Source: Candidatus Eiseniibacteriota bacterium
GTDB taxonomy: Bacteria > Eisenbacteria > RBG-16-71-46
NCBI GenBank assembly: GCA_016215625.1
Contig: JACRIW010000047.1
Coordinates: 6,281 to 70,280 of the forward strand
Direction: 5' to 3'
DNA: 64,000 nucleotides
The notes under the pieces are model-generated. The model was not told the DNA's origin. It saw nothing but the letters and a program-made list of their open reading frames with translations, and made no database searches. Of the stretch, positions 29,537 through 39,824 are shown piece after piece (position 1 is the first letter of the stretch; every line of letters begins with the position of its first letter). A program made the position numbers and the translations under genes.

Positions 29537-29624
29537 GCAGGTCTCCGGCGGCGATGGGGACGATGCGTCACGAGCGCGCGCATCTTACCCCTCGCCGGGC
29601 CGGAGTCGAGCGACGGACGCTCGC

Positions 29625-32600
29625 TCAGTCCCCCAGCGGCACGAATCCCGACCACGCCGCGGGCGGGGTCGGCAACTTCGCCGCACGCAACACGGCGAGC
29701 CGCCGCAGCTGCGCGGCGCGGACGCTCGCCGCGACACCGAGGCCACGCTCGAGCCGGGCGCCGTAGTACGCGCTCATCCAGTCGTGCGTCGCGCGGTCGT
29801 TCACGGGCCACAGGCTCATCACGAGCGCATGCGCGCCCGCGAGGCGGAATGCGCGCTGGAGCCCCAGCACGCCCTCCCCGGCGGCGATGTCGCCGAGACC
29901 GGTGTCGCACGCGGAAAGCACGACTTCGTGCACGCCGGAGAGGTCCATCGTCGAGATCTCTTCCGCGGTCAGGATGCCGTCGTCCCCGCCGGTCGCGGCA
30001 GCACGGCGGTTCGCGCCCGCGAGCGCGAGCCCGGAGAGCCGCAGCGTCTGGCGTCCGCTCGGCGCGCTCGCGCTGCCGGAGCTCGCGGCGGGCGCCGTGC
30101 CGCCGATGCCTCGCGCCCCACCGGCGGGCGTGGCGCATTCGCCTCCCACGAAGAAGCCGTGCGTGGCGATGTGCAGCGTCGCGGCGCGCGAGGCCGTGCG
30201 GCGCAGCTCGACTTCGTTGGCCTGCGCGCCCGTCAGCATGACGACTTCACGCCCGGCGGCGCGCCATCGTTCCGCCAGCTCGCCGACTTCGTCGGACGTC
30301 GAGGGCAGCGCGCCGAAACGCACGTCACGGAAGCGGTCGCAGGCGACGGGCACGTTGCGCAGGTTCGCGGCGATCACGTCGGTCGCCGCGTGGGGAGCCG
30401 TGGCGCCGTCGAAATCGGCGCCTCCCAGGGCGACCAACGTGCCGATCGGCGCGTCGGAGGAGCGCACGAGGGCGAGGTCGCGCTCGGCCCCGAGCCGCAG
30501 GAGCAACGGCGCGCGCTCGGCGACGTAGCCGCCGCGCGCGTCCGGCAGCGCGGCGAAGTCCACCAGGTGCAGCGCACCGTCCGGCACGATCACGAGGCGC
30601 GACGCCGACGCGAGTCGCGACGCGATCGGGTCCCACACTCGCGCGCGCAGGCGCGCGCCGCTGGCTCGCGAGCGGCGCTCGGCGTCGGGGCCGGTGCGCG
30701 AGACGTCCTCGCGCCAGTTTGCGGCGAGCGCGTCGAGCTCGGCCGCGCGGCCGAGCGCCACGACTTCGGGGGCCGCGCCGGAACGCGCCACGAACGCGAG
30801 CATGCGCCGTTCGGTGCGCGAACCTCCCGCGGGCGCCGCGTATTCGAGGAACGAGACGAGCACGTCGCCCTCTCCCAGCGCGTCGAGCGGATGCGCGCCG
30901 CCGGGGACGTCCTGCGGCAGGCCGAGATCGGCGAGCCGGCGCTCGAATCGTTCGGCACGCGAGCGCGCGTCGCGCTGCAGCGAGTCCAGCGCGTGGTTGC
31001 TTTCGGCACGCACGAGCCAGCGCGCGAGCACGCCGCGCGCCTGCGCGAGCGAATCGAGCAGCGCGTTCGCGCGCGGATCGTCGCCGCGATGCGCCGCCTT
31101 CAACCGGCTGCCGACTTCGTCGAGCACCAGCGACCGCGCCTCGACGACCCGATCGAACGCGATGCGGCGTTGCGCGTCGTCGAGCTTTCCGGAAGCCGCG
31201 AGTGCGAGCAACGGATCGAGTCCGAGTCCCGACCCCCGTGCGTACACGAGCGCCTGCCGGTCGGGGAACCCGCGCGCGGCCGTGCGCAACAGCGAGGCCT
31301 GCATCGCGGCCAGCTCGCGCGAGACCTCGAACGCACGCGCGTCGCCCATCTGCACGAGCGCACGGGCGCGCTCGGCGACCAGCTTCGCGTGCAGCGGTCC
31401 GCCGGAGCCCAGTTCGGTGATCGCTCGAGCGATCGCGGGCTCGAGCCTGGCCGCCGCCTCCGCGGGCCGGCCGGCGTCGGTCAGGCACTGCGCCCAGAGC
31501 AGCGCGCCTTCGTAGAAGCCCGGCGCGCGGTCGCCTTCGCGTTCGGCGATCCGCGACGCGAGCTCGATCCCGTGCATCGCCGCGGCGCTGTCGCCGGCGA
31601 CGCGAAGAGCGGTGGCGCGCTCGAACAGGATCGGCAGCGCCGAGAGACTGTCCTGCCGCGCCGCCTGGTACGCCGCGGCGCTGTCGAAGCACGCGACGGC
31701 CTCACGACCACGCCCCAGCCCGAGCAACGCACGGCCGCGCTGGTGCAGGTACTCGTAGTGCGACGGATCGTCCGGACGGAACGCGCGCAGGCTCAGGTGG
31801 CGTGCGCGCTCCTGGACCGCGAACGCCTCCTCGAAGTCGCCGAGGTCGTTCAGGCACTCGACCAGCGCGTCGGCGCTGTTCGCGACGCGCAGCGTGTCCA
31901 TGCGGGGACGCGCCAGCTCCCACTCGATGCCGCGCTCGAAGAGCCCGCGCGCGCGCACGAGATCGCCCACGCGCATCGACAGGATCGCGATGTTGTATCG
32001 CGTGAGCTGCGTGTCCGGATGATCGGGACCGAGCTGGATCTCGAGCAGGTGCGCCACGTGCTCCATCATCTCGAGCGCGCCGACCTCGTCACCGGCCATG
32101 TTGAGCTGTCCGGCGAGTGCGCTGTAGGTCGCCATGAGCCGGATGTCGTCCCGGCCGAAGTGCGACTCCATGATCCGCACCGCGCGCCTGCCTTCCTCGA
32201 CCGCGTCGGTGCGCGCGGCGTTCGTCGCGATGAGCGCGACCTGCCGCAGCGACGACGCGACCTCGAGGTCGTCCCCGGGCAGCGCACGTTCGTACATCGC
32301 GAGCGCGCGCCGCGCGTCGCGCACGGCGGGTTCGAACTCGCGCCGGCGGCGGTGCACTTCGGAGGAGGCGCGGATCGCGCGTGCGAGCGTGAGCGAATCC
32401 GGCCCCGGGTGCTTCGAGAAGATCGCGAGCGTGCGCTGGAGCTGTTCGAGGAGCAGCCCTTCGCGGCCGCGGCCGGCGAGCGCGCCGATCTCGACGACGT
32501 CGAGCAAGGCCACGCCGACCTTGAACGAGTCCGGCTCCTGGCGCGCCACGAGCTGCGAATAGGCCGCGGTCGCGAGGGTGTCCATGCGCGGGAATGCGCG

Positions 32601-32744
32601 GGCCTTGGCGAGTTCGGTCCATTGCGGGCGGTAGCCGATCGAACGCCAAGAGAGCGTGTCGAGCGGCGCGGCGGATCGGCCGCGAGCGGCGGCCGCGGGT
32701 CCGGCGAGGAGAGCGAGCAGGCAGAGAGCGAGCAGGGTGCGCAT
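29625..32744 (-). CDS. Large TPR-repeat plus CHAT-domain secreted protein (second CHAT protein in window)
   Basis: Signal peptide MRTLLALCLLALLAGPAAAA. ~600 aa of TPR-like repeats. C-terminal CHAT region (LHIATHGFF...VVLSACDTGLG...SLWPVND). Confidence 0.75.
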   Translation of the reverse strand: MRTLLALCLLALLAGPAAAARGRSAAPLDTLSWRSIGYRPQWTELAKARAFPRMDTLATAAYSQLVARQEPDSFKVGVALLDVVEIGALAGRGREGLLLEQLQRTLAIFSKHPGPDSLTLARAIRASSEVHRRRREFEPAVRDARRALAMYERALPGDDLEVASSLRQVALIATNAARTDAVEEGRRAVRIMESHFGRDDIRLMATYSALAGQLNMAGDEVGALEMMEHVAHLLEIQLGPDHPDTQLTRYNIAILSMRVGDLVRARGLFERGIEWELARPRMDTLRVANSADALVECLNDLGDFEEAFAVQERARHLSLRAFRPDDPSHYEYLHQRGRALLGLGRGREAVACFDSAAAYQAARQDSLSALPILFERATALRVAGDSAAAMHGIELASRIAEREGDRAPGFYEGALLWAQCLTDAGRPAEAAARLEPAIARAITELGSGGPLHAKLVAERARALVQMGDARAFEVSRELAAMQASLLRTAARGFPDRQALVYARGSGLGLDPLLALAASGKLDDAQRRIAFDRVVEARSLVLDEVGSRLKAAHRGDDPRANALLDSLAQARGVLARWLVRAESNHALDSLQRDARSRAERFERRLADLGLPQDVPGGAHPLDALGEGDVLVSFLEYAAPAGGSRTERRMLAFVARSGAAPEVVALGRAAELDALAANWREDVSRTGPDAERRSRASGARLRARVWDPIASRLASASRLVIVPDGALHLVDFAALPDARGGYVAERAPLLLRLGAERDLALVRSSDAPIGTLVALGGADFDGATAPHAATDVIAANLRNVPVACDRFRDVRFGALPSTSDEVGELAERWRAAGREVVMLTGAQANEVELRRTASRAATLHIATHGFFVGGECATPAGGARGIGGTAPAASSGSASAPSGRQTLRLSGLALAGANRRAAATGGDDGILTAEEISTMDLSGVHEVVLSACDTGLGDIAAGEGVLGLQRAFRLAGAHALVMSLWPVNDRATHDWMSAYYGARLERGLGVAASVRAAQLRRLAVLRAAKLPTPPAAWSGFVPLGD

Positions 32745-32990
32745 GTCGGGAATGTATCGGCCCGGGAGTCCCGCGAAGAAGGCGGATTTTTCGGGAGTTC
32801 CGTGCGTGCGGTTCGAGTGCGCCCCGGCGTTGTCCAGTCACGGCGGGTGACTTCGGGGGAAGTGGCGCGCCGGTTCACGGGCGGGATCCGATGGACAGGC
32901 CGGGTCCCGCCTTTCGCGTCCTGGCGGAAGATGCGTGCGATTTCCCATCTGGACGGCGTTCTGGGGTCGGACCCCTAAGGAGATGACGCC

Positions 32991-34649
32991 ATGAACGCCA
33001 TGAAGCGCTCGCTGCTCGCCCTTTCGGCCGTGTTGACCCTGCTCGCCCCCACCGCGGCGCACGCCCAGTGGGTGACGGCGCTCAACGCGAACAACATCGT
33101 GAGCAACGCCGCGAACCACCAAAAGGACCCGCAGACGTTCAGCGACGGCGCGGGCGGGTTCGTGACCGTCTGGACCGACCTCCGCACGTCCGGACACCAG
33201 GACCTCTACGCGCAGTCCTACGACGCGAACGGCTTCGCGCGCTGGACCGCGAATGGTGTCGTGGTGGATTCGACCGTGGGCACTCTTGCCGCGGCCGACG
33301 CCTGCCCCGACGATTCGGGCGGCGTCATCGTGACCTGGTACCGGACCAACGGCGCGGCGCCCAACCGTGTCTTCGCGCAGCGGCTCGACGCGAACGGCCA
33401 GCGCCGCTGGGGCGCCGGCGGCACGCGAGTCGGAACGGTCGAAGTGACGCAGACGCTGCCGCGCATCGCCGAGGACGGCGAGGGCGGCGCGATCGTGGTG
33501 TGGGCGAACTGGCTGGCGAGTTTCACGGCGAACGTCTTCGGGCAGCGGCTCGACCGCAACGGCAACCGGCTCTGGTCGGCGACGGGTGACTCGCTCGTCG
33601 CGCGCGGCGAAGTGCGCAGCCTCACGGCCACGCGGCGCCCGGGAGGCGGCGCGTTCGTCGGCTACTGGTACACGTTCGGCCCGCTCGCCATGGTCGCGGT
33701 GGACAACGCGCGCGTGCGGCTCATGTCGGACACGATCACGACCGCCGCTTCGCAGACGTCGCCTCCGGCGCTCTTCAGCGCCACCGCAGGCGACGGCGCG
33801 TACCTCATGATGGCGGGCGGCAACAACATGAACATCCGCCGGTTCGGTGCGGACGGCAGCCGTTGGCCGGCGTCGGTGCGTGTCGTGGCCGGAGCGCACT
33901 CGCAGGCGCATCCGATGCTCGCCGGCGGCGGTGCGGACGGCAGCGCGCTGCTCGCCTGGCGCGACGGACGCGCCGGCGCCGGCGGCATCTATGCGCAGAA
34001 GCTGCGTACCGACGGGCTCCCGATGTGGGGCACCGACGGGCTCTTCATTTCGAACAACGTGACCTCGAACGGTGGCGGGCACACGATCGCGGCGGACGAC
34101 CTGAACGGCGCGTGGATCGCGTGGAGTGCGAACGTGGATCGCATCGCGCAGCACGTCATGTCCGGCGGCGGCTTCTGGCTGCCTCCCGCGGGCGTCACGT
34201 TCTCGAACGCGAACAGCAGCAACTTCACCTACGACGCCGCGACCATCGTGCCCGGGCTGCAGAGTTCGGCGATCGTCGTCTGGGCGACGACGCAGAGCGC
34301 CGGCACGTTCAACGACGTGCACGCGAAGCGGCTGTTCGGCGACGGCTCGCTGACGACGGCGGGCGTGGGCGACGGCTTCGCGACGGACGCGGGGCTGGCG
34401 CTCGCCGCAGGACCGTCGCCGGCGCGTACGAACGTCACGCTGCGGTTCGCGCTTACGCGCGCCGGGCGGGCGACGCTCGAGCTGTTCGGCGTGCGTGGCG
34501 AGCGCGTGGCAACGCTCGCGGACGGCGACTTCGCCGCGGGCACGCACTTCCGCACGATGGACACGTCGGCGCTCGCGCCGGGCGTGTATCTCGCACGGCT
34601 GACGACGAGCGACGGGGTGGTGAGCGCGAAGGTCGTGCGGGTGAGGTAG
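32991..34649 (+). CDS. Secreted degenerate-repeat protein with T9SS-type C-terminal sorting domain
   Basis: TAAGGAGATG RBS. Signal peptide MNAMKRSLLALSAVLTLLAPTAAHA. ~6 degenerate repeats (..YAQ.LD.NG...W..GG...). CTD PSPARTNVTLRFAL...LELFGVRGERV...GVYLARLT. Confidence 0.75.
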   Translation: MNAMKRSLLALSAVLTLLAPTAAHAQWVTALNANNIVSNAANHQKDPQTFSDGAGGFVTVWTDLRTSGHQDLYAQSYDANGFARWTANGVVVDSTVGTLAAADACPDDSGGVIVTWYRTNGAAPNRVFAQRLDANGQRRWGAGGTRVGTVEVTQTLPRIAEDGEGGAIVVWANWLASFTANVFGQRLDRNGNRLWSATGDSLVARGEVRSLTATRRPGGGAFVGYWYTFGPLAMVAVDNARVRLMSDTITTAASQTSPPALFSATAGDGAYLMMAGGNNMNIRRFGADGSRWPASVRVVAGAHSQAHPMLAGGGADGSALLAWRDGRAGAGGIYAQKLRTDGLPMWGTDGLFISNNVTSNGGGHTIAADDLNGAWIAWSANVDRIAQHVMSGGGFWLPPAGVTFSNANSSNFTYDAATIVPGLQSSAIVVWATTQSAGTFNDVHAKRLFGDGSLTTAGVGDGFATDAGLALAAGPSPARTNVTLRFALTRAGRATLELFGVRGERVATLADGDFAAGTHFRTMDTSALAPGVYLARLTTSDGVVSAKVVRVR

Positions 34650-34681
34650 AGCTCCGGCGTCGTGCCTGAGGGCGAACGCGC

Positions 34682-36052
34682 TCATGCGGCCGCGCTCGCC
34701 GGCTTCGCCTGCGGTTTCGAAAAGTCCTGCTTCGTCGCGAGCCGCGCGGTCAGCACTTTCAACGCCGCCCGCACTCTCGGCTCGAGCGGGCCGTCCGCGA
34801 GGTCTTTCGTCGCTTCCGCCGCGCGCGCCGATTGCTCCGGCGTGAACTGGAGCGACTTCAGCGCGCTCAGCAGATCGGCGTCGCGCTCCTGGATCGCGGC
34901 CCTCTCGGCGGCGAGTCGCGCCTTCTCTTCCGCGGCCCGTGCCTTCTCTTCACGCGCCACCGCACGAGCGGCTTCTCTCGCCTTCGCTTCACTGTGGCGT
35001 GCGCGCTCGCGTTCGGCGCGTTCGCGGGCGCGCGCGACGCGGTCTTCGCCCAGCACGCGCTCGGCTTCGAACAGGTTGTGCGCCCGGCAGAGCAGCCGGA
35101 CGTTCGCGAGTGTGCTCTCGCCGCCGAGCGCGACGGGCGTGCGGTGATCGAACTGCAGCCAGCGACGCTCGCCGCAGCGATGACCGTCCGCGCTCACGAA
35201 CGAGCAGCACCCGCCGTCGCGCTGCCAGACGGCGTGGCGCACGGCTTTCGGAATACGCCGGCCGTTGCCGACGGTCTCTTCGGTCTGTTCGCTCTTCTTC
35301 GCGCCGAGCTTGTCTCTCAAGAGTCGCTCTTCGAGCAGCTCGATTGCCTTGGCGTAGATCGCCGCCGGGTCCTGCGCCCAGTCGATGTTGCTCAGGAGGT
35401 CCTGCACGCGGCGAAGAGAGTCACGCTCCTGCTGCGTGAGCGTGAGACGCACTTCATGTTCGCCCGGCGCGCCGAGCGAGATGACGCCGCGCTTCTTCGG
35501 AGGAAGCGGCGCCGCCGACTCCTGCGCGAACGCGATGAACGCGAGCGCTTCAGGACCGGCTGATTCTTGGCCACTTACATGCCATGTGGCATGTGATGGT
35601 GACGTTTCTTTGACAGGCGGAGTCTCGCACTCGCTCTTCTGAACGACGGGCCGCATTCGCGCCGCGACCAGCTGCGCAATCTCGGCGCACGACTTGTTCG
35701 CCGCCGCCGCGAGCAGCTCCTCCGAGTTCTCGACCTTCAGATGCGGCGCGAGCGCGACGACCGCACCGAGCGTCAGGCGCCCGTCAGACAGGTAATCGAA
35801 GATCGTCGTGAATCGCGCCGCGGTCCGCGCCGCCTGGAGTCGCTTCGACGCACGGTCTGGCGTCATGCGCAGGTGCTGCTCGCAGTACGTCTTCATGCAG
35901 GAGTAGCCGGCGGCGCGGAAGTCGCGGCGCGAGTCGATCAGCGCGAGAAGGGCGAGACCCTCCGCGACGCGATGGTGTTCTTCGCGGTAGATCAGATCGA
36001 GGCGCGCGCGAGCTTCTTCCGGCGAGAGGTGCGTCGGCAGGCGAAAGCGCAT
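34682..36052 (-). CDS. DUF222-type HNH endonuclease with long C-terminal Ala/Arg/Glu coiled-coil tail
   Basis: HNH core AVRHAVWQRDGGCCSF....HRCGERRWLQFDHRTPVALGGESTLANVRLLCRAHN. N-terminal DUF222-like helical region. C-terminal ERERARHSEAKAREAARAVAREEKARAAEEKARLAAERAAIQERD. Confidence 0.75.
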   Translation of the reverse strand: MRFRLPTHLSPEEARARLDLIYREEHHRVAEGLALLALIDSRRDFRAAGYSCMKTYCEQHLRMTPDRASKRLQAARTAARFTTIFDYLSDGRLTLGAVVALAPHLKVENSEELLAAAANKSCAEIAQLVAARMRPVVQKSECETPPVKETSPSHATWHVSGQESAGPEALAFIAFAQESAAPLPPKKRGVISLGAPGEHEVRLTLTQQERDSLRRVQDLLSNIDWAQDPAAIYAKAIELLEERLLRDKLGAKKSEQTEETVGNGRRIPKAVRHAVWQRDGGCCSFVSADGHRCGERRWLQFDHRTPVALGGESTLANVRLLCRAHNLFEAERVLGEDRVARARERAERERARHSEAKAREAARAVAREEKARAAEEKARLAAERAAIQERDADLLSALKSLQFTPEQSARAAEATKDLADGPLEPRVRAALKVLTARLATKQDFSKPQAKPASAAA

Positions 36053-36508
36053 GGCACAGGTACCGCGGGGGCGCGTTCACTTCACGCGGGGGCGACGCGC
36101 TCTTTGTATCACGCGCATTTTCGCGCGCCGCATTCGAGCGCACGCGCAAGAACGCCAATCGCGACAGCAACTCGCGAACGCAACCGCGCCGGGCGCGAAC
36201 ACGCGCGAACCTCGCGCGATTGCGTTCGAGCGGCGCGAACGCCACGGCTGCGCGACAAGGTCGCCCTCCGAACCCGTCAAACGAATTCGCGAACAACCGC
36301 CGCGCGAGCCACGCCCACGAGTCGTCGACTGCGGTCGAGCCGCGCCCGGAGCGGCAAGGGGCCTGCAGCGGGACTCAGCGACCCGCGGAGCCAGGACGGC
36401 GGGAGCGGGTCGATGCGTCAGCGAGGCCCGGCTGGAGCCGGGCTGAGCGGCCGCGAAAGGCCCCTTGCTGCGCAGGGTGAGGCGACGCCCAACGCAGGAC
36501 GTTCGCCG
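36053..36508. repeat. 456-nt GC-rich noncoding tract with reiterated GCGCGAAC / TCGCGAAC motifs and several hairpins
   Basis: No ORF with coding character. At least 5 copies of (g/t)cgcgaac within ~200 nt. Inverted repeat gaacgcaa...ttgcgttc. Hairpins cccggctggagccggg and ggccgcgaaaggcc. Confidence 0.45.
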
Positions 36509-36853
36509 CTAAGAACGCTCCCGCCTCTTCCTCGTATACACCTGCACGTAGTCCAAATGCACGACCAGCTTGCAATCCGTGCAGTCGTCCTCGAGTTGCT
36601 CAGGCGTCACGGCATCCGCGACGACCTCGAAACCGCCCGATTCGTACAGCGCGACCAGATCCGGAACACGAGCACGCTCGATCACGAAGCGGCGCTTCCA
36701 GCCGTCCGCGAGACGCGCCGGGTCCGGCGTGATGCGCTCGAGCGCCGCGTCCCGCATCGCCTCGGCGCGAACCAGCGAGGTGAGCGAACGCTTGGCGCGC
36801 TCGCCCACCTCTTCCGCGGTGCGGCCCGCGTCGGGATCCTTCTCGTCGCTCAC
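36509..36853 (-). CDS. Small hypothetical protein (114 aa, single CxxC) at 3' end of the reductase operon
   Basis: ORF with 4-nt gap to upstream ATPase gene. Motif DDCTDCKL. Confidence 0.5.
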   Translation of the reverse strand: MSDEKDPDAGRTAEEVGERAKRSLTSLVRAEAMRDAALERITPDPARLADGWKRRFVIERARVPDLVALYESGGFEVVADAVTPEQLEDDCTDCKLVVHLDYVQVYTRKRRERS

Positions 36854-36857
36854 GAGG

Positions 36858-37679
36858 TCAGGCCGTGGCTTTCGCGGCGCCGCTCGAACCCAGCACGTCC
36901 AGCCGCCGCTGCGCCAACAGGCCCGCGCCGTAGGCCGAGACGTACTGCACGAGATCGCCCTCGGGCACGTTCACGTCTGCCTTGAGCGCCTCGCGCACCA
37001 CGCGGCCCATCGCCTCGAACCGCAGGATGCCGCCGATGAGCGTGAACTCGGGCTCGAGCTTCACGCGCTTCATCAGCTGCACCGACCGCCCGACCAGCGA
37101 CACGATCGCGCCGTGCATGATGTCCGCGGGCGCGACGCCCTGCGACAGGTGGTTGATCACTTCGGACTCGGCGAACACCGCGCACACGCCCGAGATGCTC
37201 GTGCTGCCCTTCGACGTGTCCACGAGCGGCCCGATCTCCTCGGTCGAGTAGCCCATGTAGCGCGCGGTCTTCTCGAGGAACGCGCCGGTGCCGGCCGCGC
37301 ACTTGTCGTTGAGACGGAACGAGTGAACCCTCGCGTCCGGCGTGAGGCGCGTCGCCTTCATCGTCTGGCCGCCCACGTCGAGAATCGTGCGCGTGTTCGG
37401 GAAGAGCTTCGTCACGCCACGCGCCGCGGCGGTCAGGTCCGTCACCTGGATGTCGGCGAACGACGCCTGGTGCCGTCCGCTGCCGGTCGCGACGACGTAC
37501 GCCACGTCGTTCGCGGTGCGCCCGGTCTCGCCGAGCGCGGCCGCGAGCGTGGCGGTCGCCACTTCGGTGAGGCGGAAGCCGGTCGGCGCGATCGCGCGGC
37601 CGATCATCGCGCCGTACTCGTCCACGATGACGGCTTTCGTGTAGGTCGAACCGACGTCGAGACCTGCGGTGATCCTCAC
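36858..37679 (-). CDS. BadF/BadG/BcrA/BcrD-family ATPase (activase/ATP-binding subunit), second copy
   Basis: GTG start overlaps upstream stop (GTGA). [17 protein letters not shown]-terminus, NDKCAAGTG [4Fe-4S]-bridging Cys pair region. Confidence 0.8.
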   Translation of the reverse strand: MRITAGLDVGSTYTKAVIVDEYGAMIGRAIAPTGFRLTEVATATLAAALGETGRTANDVAYVVATGSGRHQASFADIQVTDLTAAARGVTKLFPNTRTILDVGGQTMKATRLTPDARVHSFRLNDKCAAGTGAFLEKTARYMGYSTEEIGPLVDTSKGSTSISGVCAVFAESEVINHLSQGVAPADIMHGAIVSLVGRSVQLMKRVKLEPEFTLIGGILRFEAMGRVVREALKADVNVPEGDLVQYVSAYGAGLLAQRRLDVLGSSGAAKATA

Positions 37680-38494
37680 GCCGTCACCCCCCTCGTCGCA
37701 GCCGGCGTGCGGCTCGCGAAGATGTGGTCGAGCGCGAACAGCGCCGCGCCGAGCGCGCCCATGTAGTGCGAGTCGTCGCTCACATTGACTTTCATGCCCA
37801 TCGCCTTCTCGAGCGACTCGATCATCGCGATGTTCTTCGCGACACCGCCCGTGAACGTGACCTCGGGCTCGATGCCCACGCGCCACGCGAGACCGGTTGA
37901 GCGTCCCGCGATCGACTGGTGCACGCCGAGCAGGATGTCCTCGATCTTCTTGCCCTTGCCGAGCCAGCTGAGCACCTCGGACTCGGCGAACACCGTGCAC
38001 GTCGTGCTGATCTTCACCGGCCGCTCGCCGCGCAGCGCGGTGTGCCCGAGCTGGTCGAGCGGGATCTCGAGCGCGGACGACGCCGCGCCGAGGAAGCGCC
38101 CGGTGCCGGCGGCGCACTTGTCGTTCATGCAGAAGTCCACGATCTCGCCGCGCGCGGACACGCGGATGGCCTTCGTGTCCTGCCCGCCCATGTCCACCAC
38201 GGTGCGCGTGTTCGGGAACATGTGCACGGCGCCGCGGCCGTGGCAGCTGATCTCGGTCACCTGCGTGTTGCCGAACGTCACCTTGTAGCGGCCGTAGCCG
38301 GTGCCGACGACGTACTCGACCTCTTCCTCGCGCACGTCACCGTCGGCGAGCGCGATCGCGAACGCCTCCTCGGCGGCGCGCGTCACGTTCGCGCCGGTCA
38401 TCGTGAGCGCGCGCCCGACGATCCTGCCCTGCTCGTCGATCACGACCGCCTTCGTCTGGGTGGACCCGACGTCCACTCCCGCTGCGTATGCCAT
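37676..38494 (-). CDS. BadF/BadG/BcrA/BcrD-family ATPase (activase/ATP-binding subunit), first copy
   Basis: [21 protein letters not shown]...[13 protein letters not shown] is typical HgdC/BcrD. Distinct sequence from the downstream copy. Confidence 0.8.
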   Translation of the reverse strand: MAYAAGVDVGSTQTKAVVIDEQGRIVGRALTMTGANVTRAAEEAFAIALADGDVREEEVEYVVGTGYGRYKVTFGNTQVTEISCHGRGAVHMFPNTRTVVDMGGQDTKAIRVSARGEIVDFCMNDKCAAGTGRFLGAASSALEIPLDQLGHTALRGERPVKISTTCTVFAESEVLSWLGKGKKIEDILLGVHQSIAGRSTGLAWRVGIEPEVTFTGGVAKNIAMIESLEKAMGMKVNVSDDSHYMGALGAALFALDHIFASRTPAATRGVTA

Positions 38495-38512
38495 GTGTGG
38501 GATCTCCCTCGC

Positions 38513-39814
38513 TCAGGCGATGCCGGCGGCGGCCTGGTTGCGGCGCGACTCGAGGCCCTCGAAGAACGCGTCGATGCGGTTCTTGAGCTGGGCCTCGGAC
38601 ACGACGCGGCGGTCCATCATGTCGGACTCGATGAACAGGCTGTTCACGTCGCGCGCGGCCATGAGCGCGCGGCGGCTGTCGGCCTGTCCGGTGGACGTGG
38701 TGCGGCAGCTCTTGACGGGGTGGTACACGACGCCGTCCACGGCGAAGTCGTCCACCATCTTCACGAGCGCGTTCGTCTGGAAGAACATGCTGTCCATCGC
38801 GTCGCTCACGCCGGTGAGCAGGCCCTCGGCGAGCGACTCGAGCGGATCGGCGAGCTCGTATTCGAAACCGAGATTCGTGCCGCCCGAGGCGAACCACAGG
38901 TACGTCGAGTTCACGAACGTGCCGCCGTGCTCGCTGAACAGTTCGGTGAAGCGGCGGAAGATCGGGTAGCACGGCACACCCACGAACAGGAGCCGGTGCT
39001 TCTCGTCCACCAGCGTGCCGATGCCGTTCGCGCGCTTGTACTCCATCTCCTCGACGAGCTCGTCGAAGTACTTCGCGCCCGCCTCGTGCCCGCGGAAGCC
39101 GTTGCACACGCCCAGGTAGATCGTGCCGTCCGAGAGCGCGTTGAACAGCGACGGCCGGCTCTGGTTGAGCTCGAGCACGCGCTTCCAGCCGCGGCTCATC
39201 GTGTTCGCGTGCTTCATGGTTTCGCGCAGGCGGTCGACGTCGAACTTCTTCCCCGTCACCTGCTCGAGCACGGCGATCAGTTCGCGCAGCTGCGCGGCGA
39301 CGTACTTGCGGTCGCGCTCGAAGCCCGGCGTGTGGCGGTTCACCGGGTGCCCGTCCTGGCGCGACGCGGGAATGTCGAGCACGTACGCCGGCATCTTGTA
39401 CATGCGCTCCCAGATCTCGGCCCACTTGATGTACGTGTTGCACGCGTTCGTGAGCACGGCGATCGACGGCTTCGGGATGCGGCCCATGGGCAGCATGCCG
39501 CCGCGGCGCTGCGTCGCGACGTCGGCCTTCACGTAGCCGCAGATGTCGGGCGAGTAGCCGACGTCCTCCGCCTCGTTGAGGTAGTCGTGCGCCTGGTGGC
39601 GCACGGCGGTCTGCAGGGAGTTGATCTCGGGAAACACGAGCGGCAGGTCGAACGTGCTCAGGAGTTCACCGAGGCTGCCCATGACGAACACGTAGGCGCC
39701 GCCGCGGTTCTCCTCCGCGGCCTGGCCCAGTCCGTCGAACCACTGGCGGAACAGTCGCGCGCCTTCGCGATTGCCCCGTCCGACGATGCTTTCCGCTCCG
39801 GCGGTCTCGCTCAC
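38513..39814 (-). CDS. 2-hydroxyacyl-CoA dehydratase / benzoyl-CoA reductase family subunit (HgdB/BcrC/BadD-like)
   Basis: 433 aa. Family-typical conserved Cys positions (GVPCYPIF, CRTTSTG) and length. Confidence 0.7.
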   Translation of the reverse strand: MSETAGAESIVGRGNREGARLFRQWFDGLGQAAEENRGGAYVFVMGSLGELLSTFDLPLVFPEINSLQTAVRHQAHDYLNEAEDVGYSPDICGYVKADVATQRRGGMLPMGRIPKPSIAVLTNACNTYIKWAEIWERMYKMPAYVLDIPASRQDGHPVNRHTPGFERDRKYVAAQLRELIAVLEQVTGKKFDVDRLRETMKHANTMSRGWKRVLELNQSRPSLFNALSDGTIYLGVCNGFRGHEAGAKYFDELVEEMEYKRANGIGTLVDEKHRLLFVGVPCYPIFRRFTELFSEHGGTFVNSTYLWFASGGTNLGFEYELADPLESLAEGLLTGVSDAMDSMFFQTNALVKMVDDFAVDGVVYHPVKSCRTTSTGQADSRRALMAARDVNSLFIESDMMDRRVVSEAQLKNRIDAFFEGLESRRNQAAAGIA

Positions 39815-39824
39815 GGCGTCCTCC

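Noticed and set aside
36053-36508. Possible tRNA or CRISPR array in the repeat-containing noncoding tract
   Set aside because: No T-loop consensus (GGTTCGAnTCC) and no cloverleaf-compatible segment. The repeats are short (7-8 nt) and irregularly spaced with no uniform spacers, so this is not a CRISPR array.
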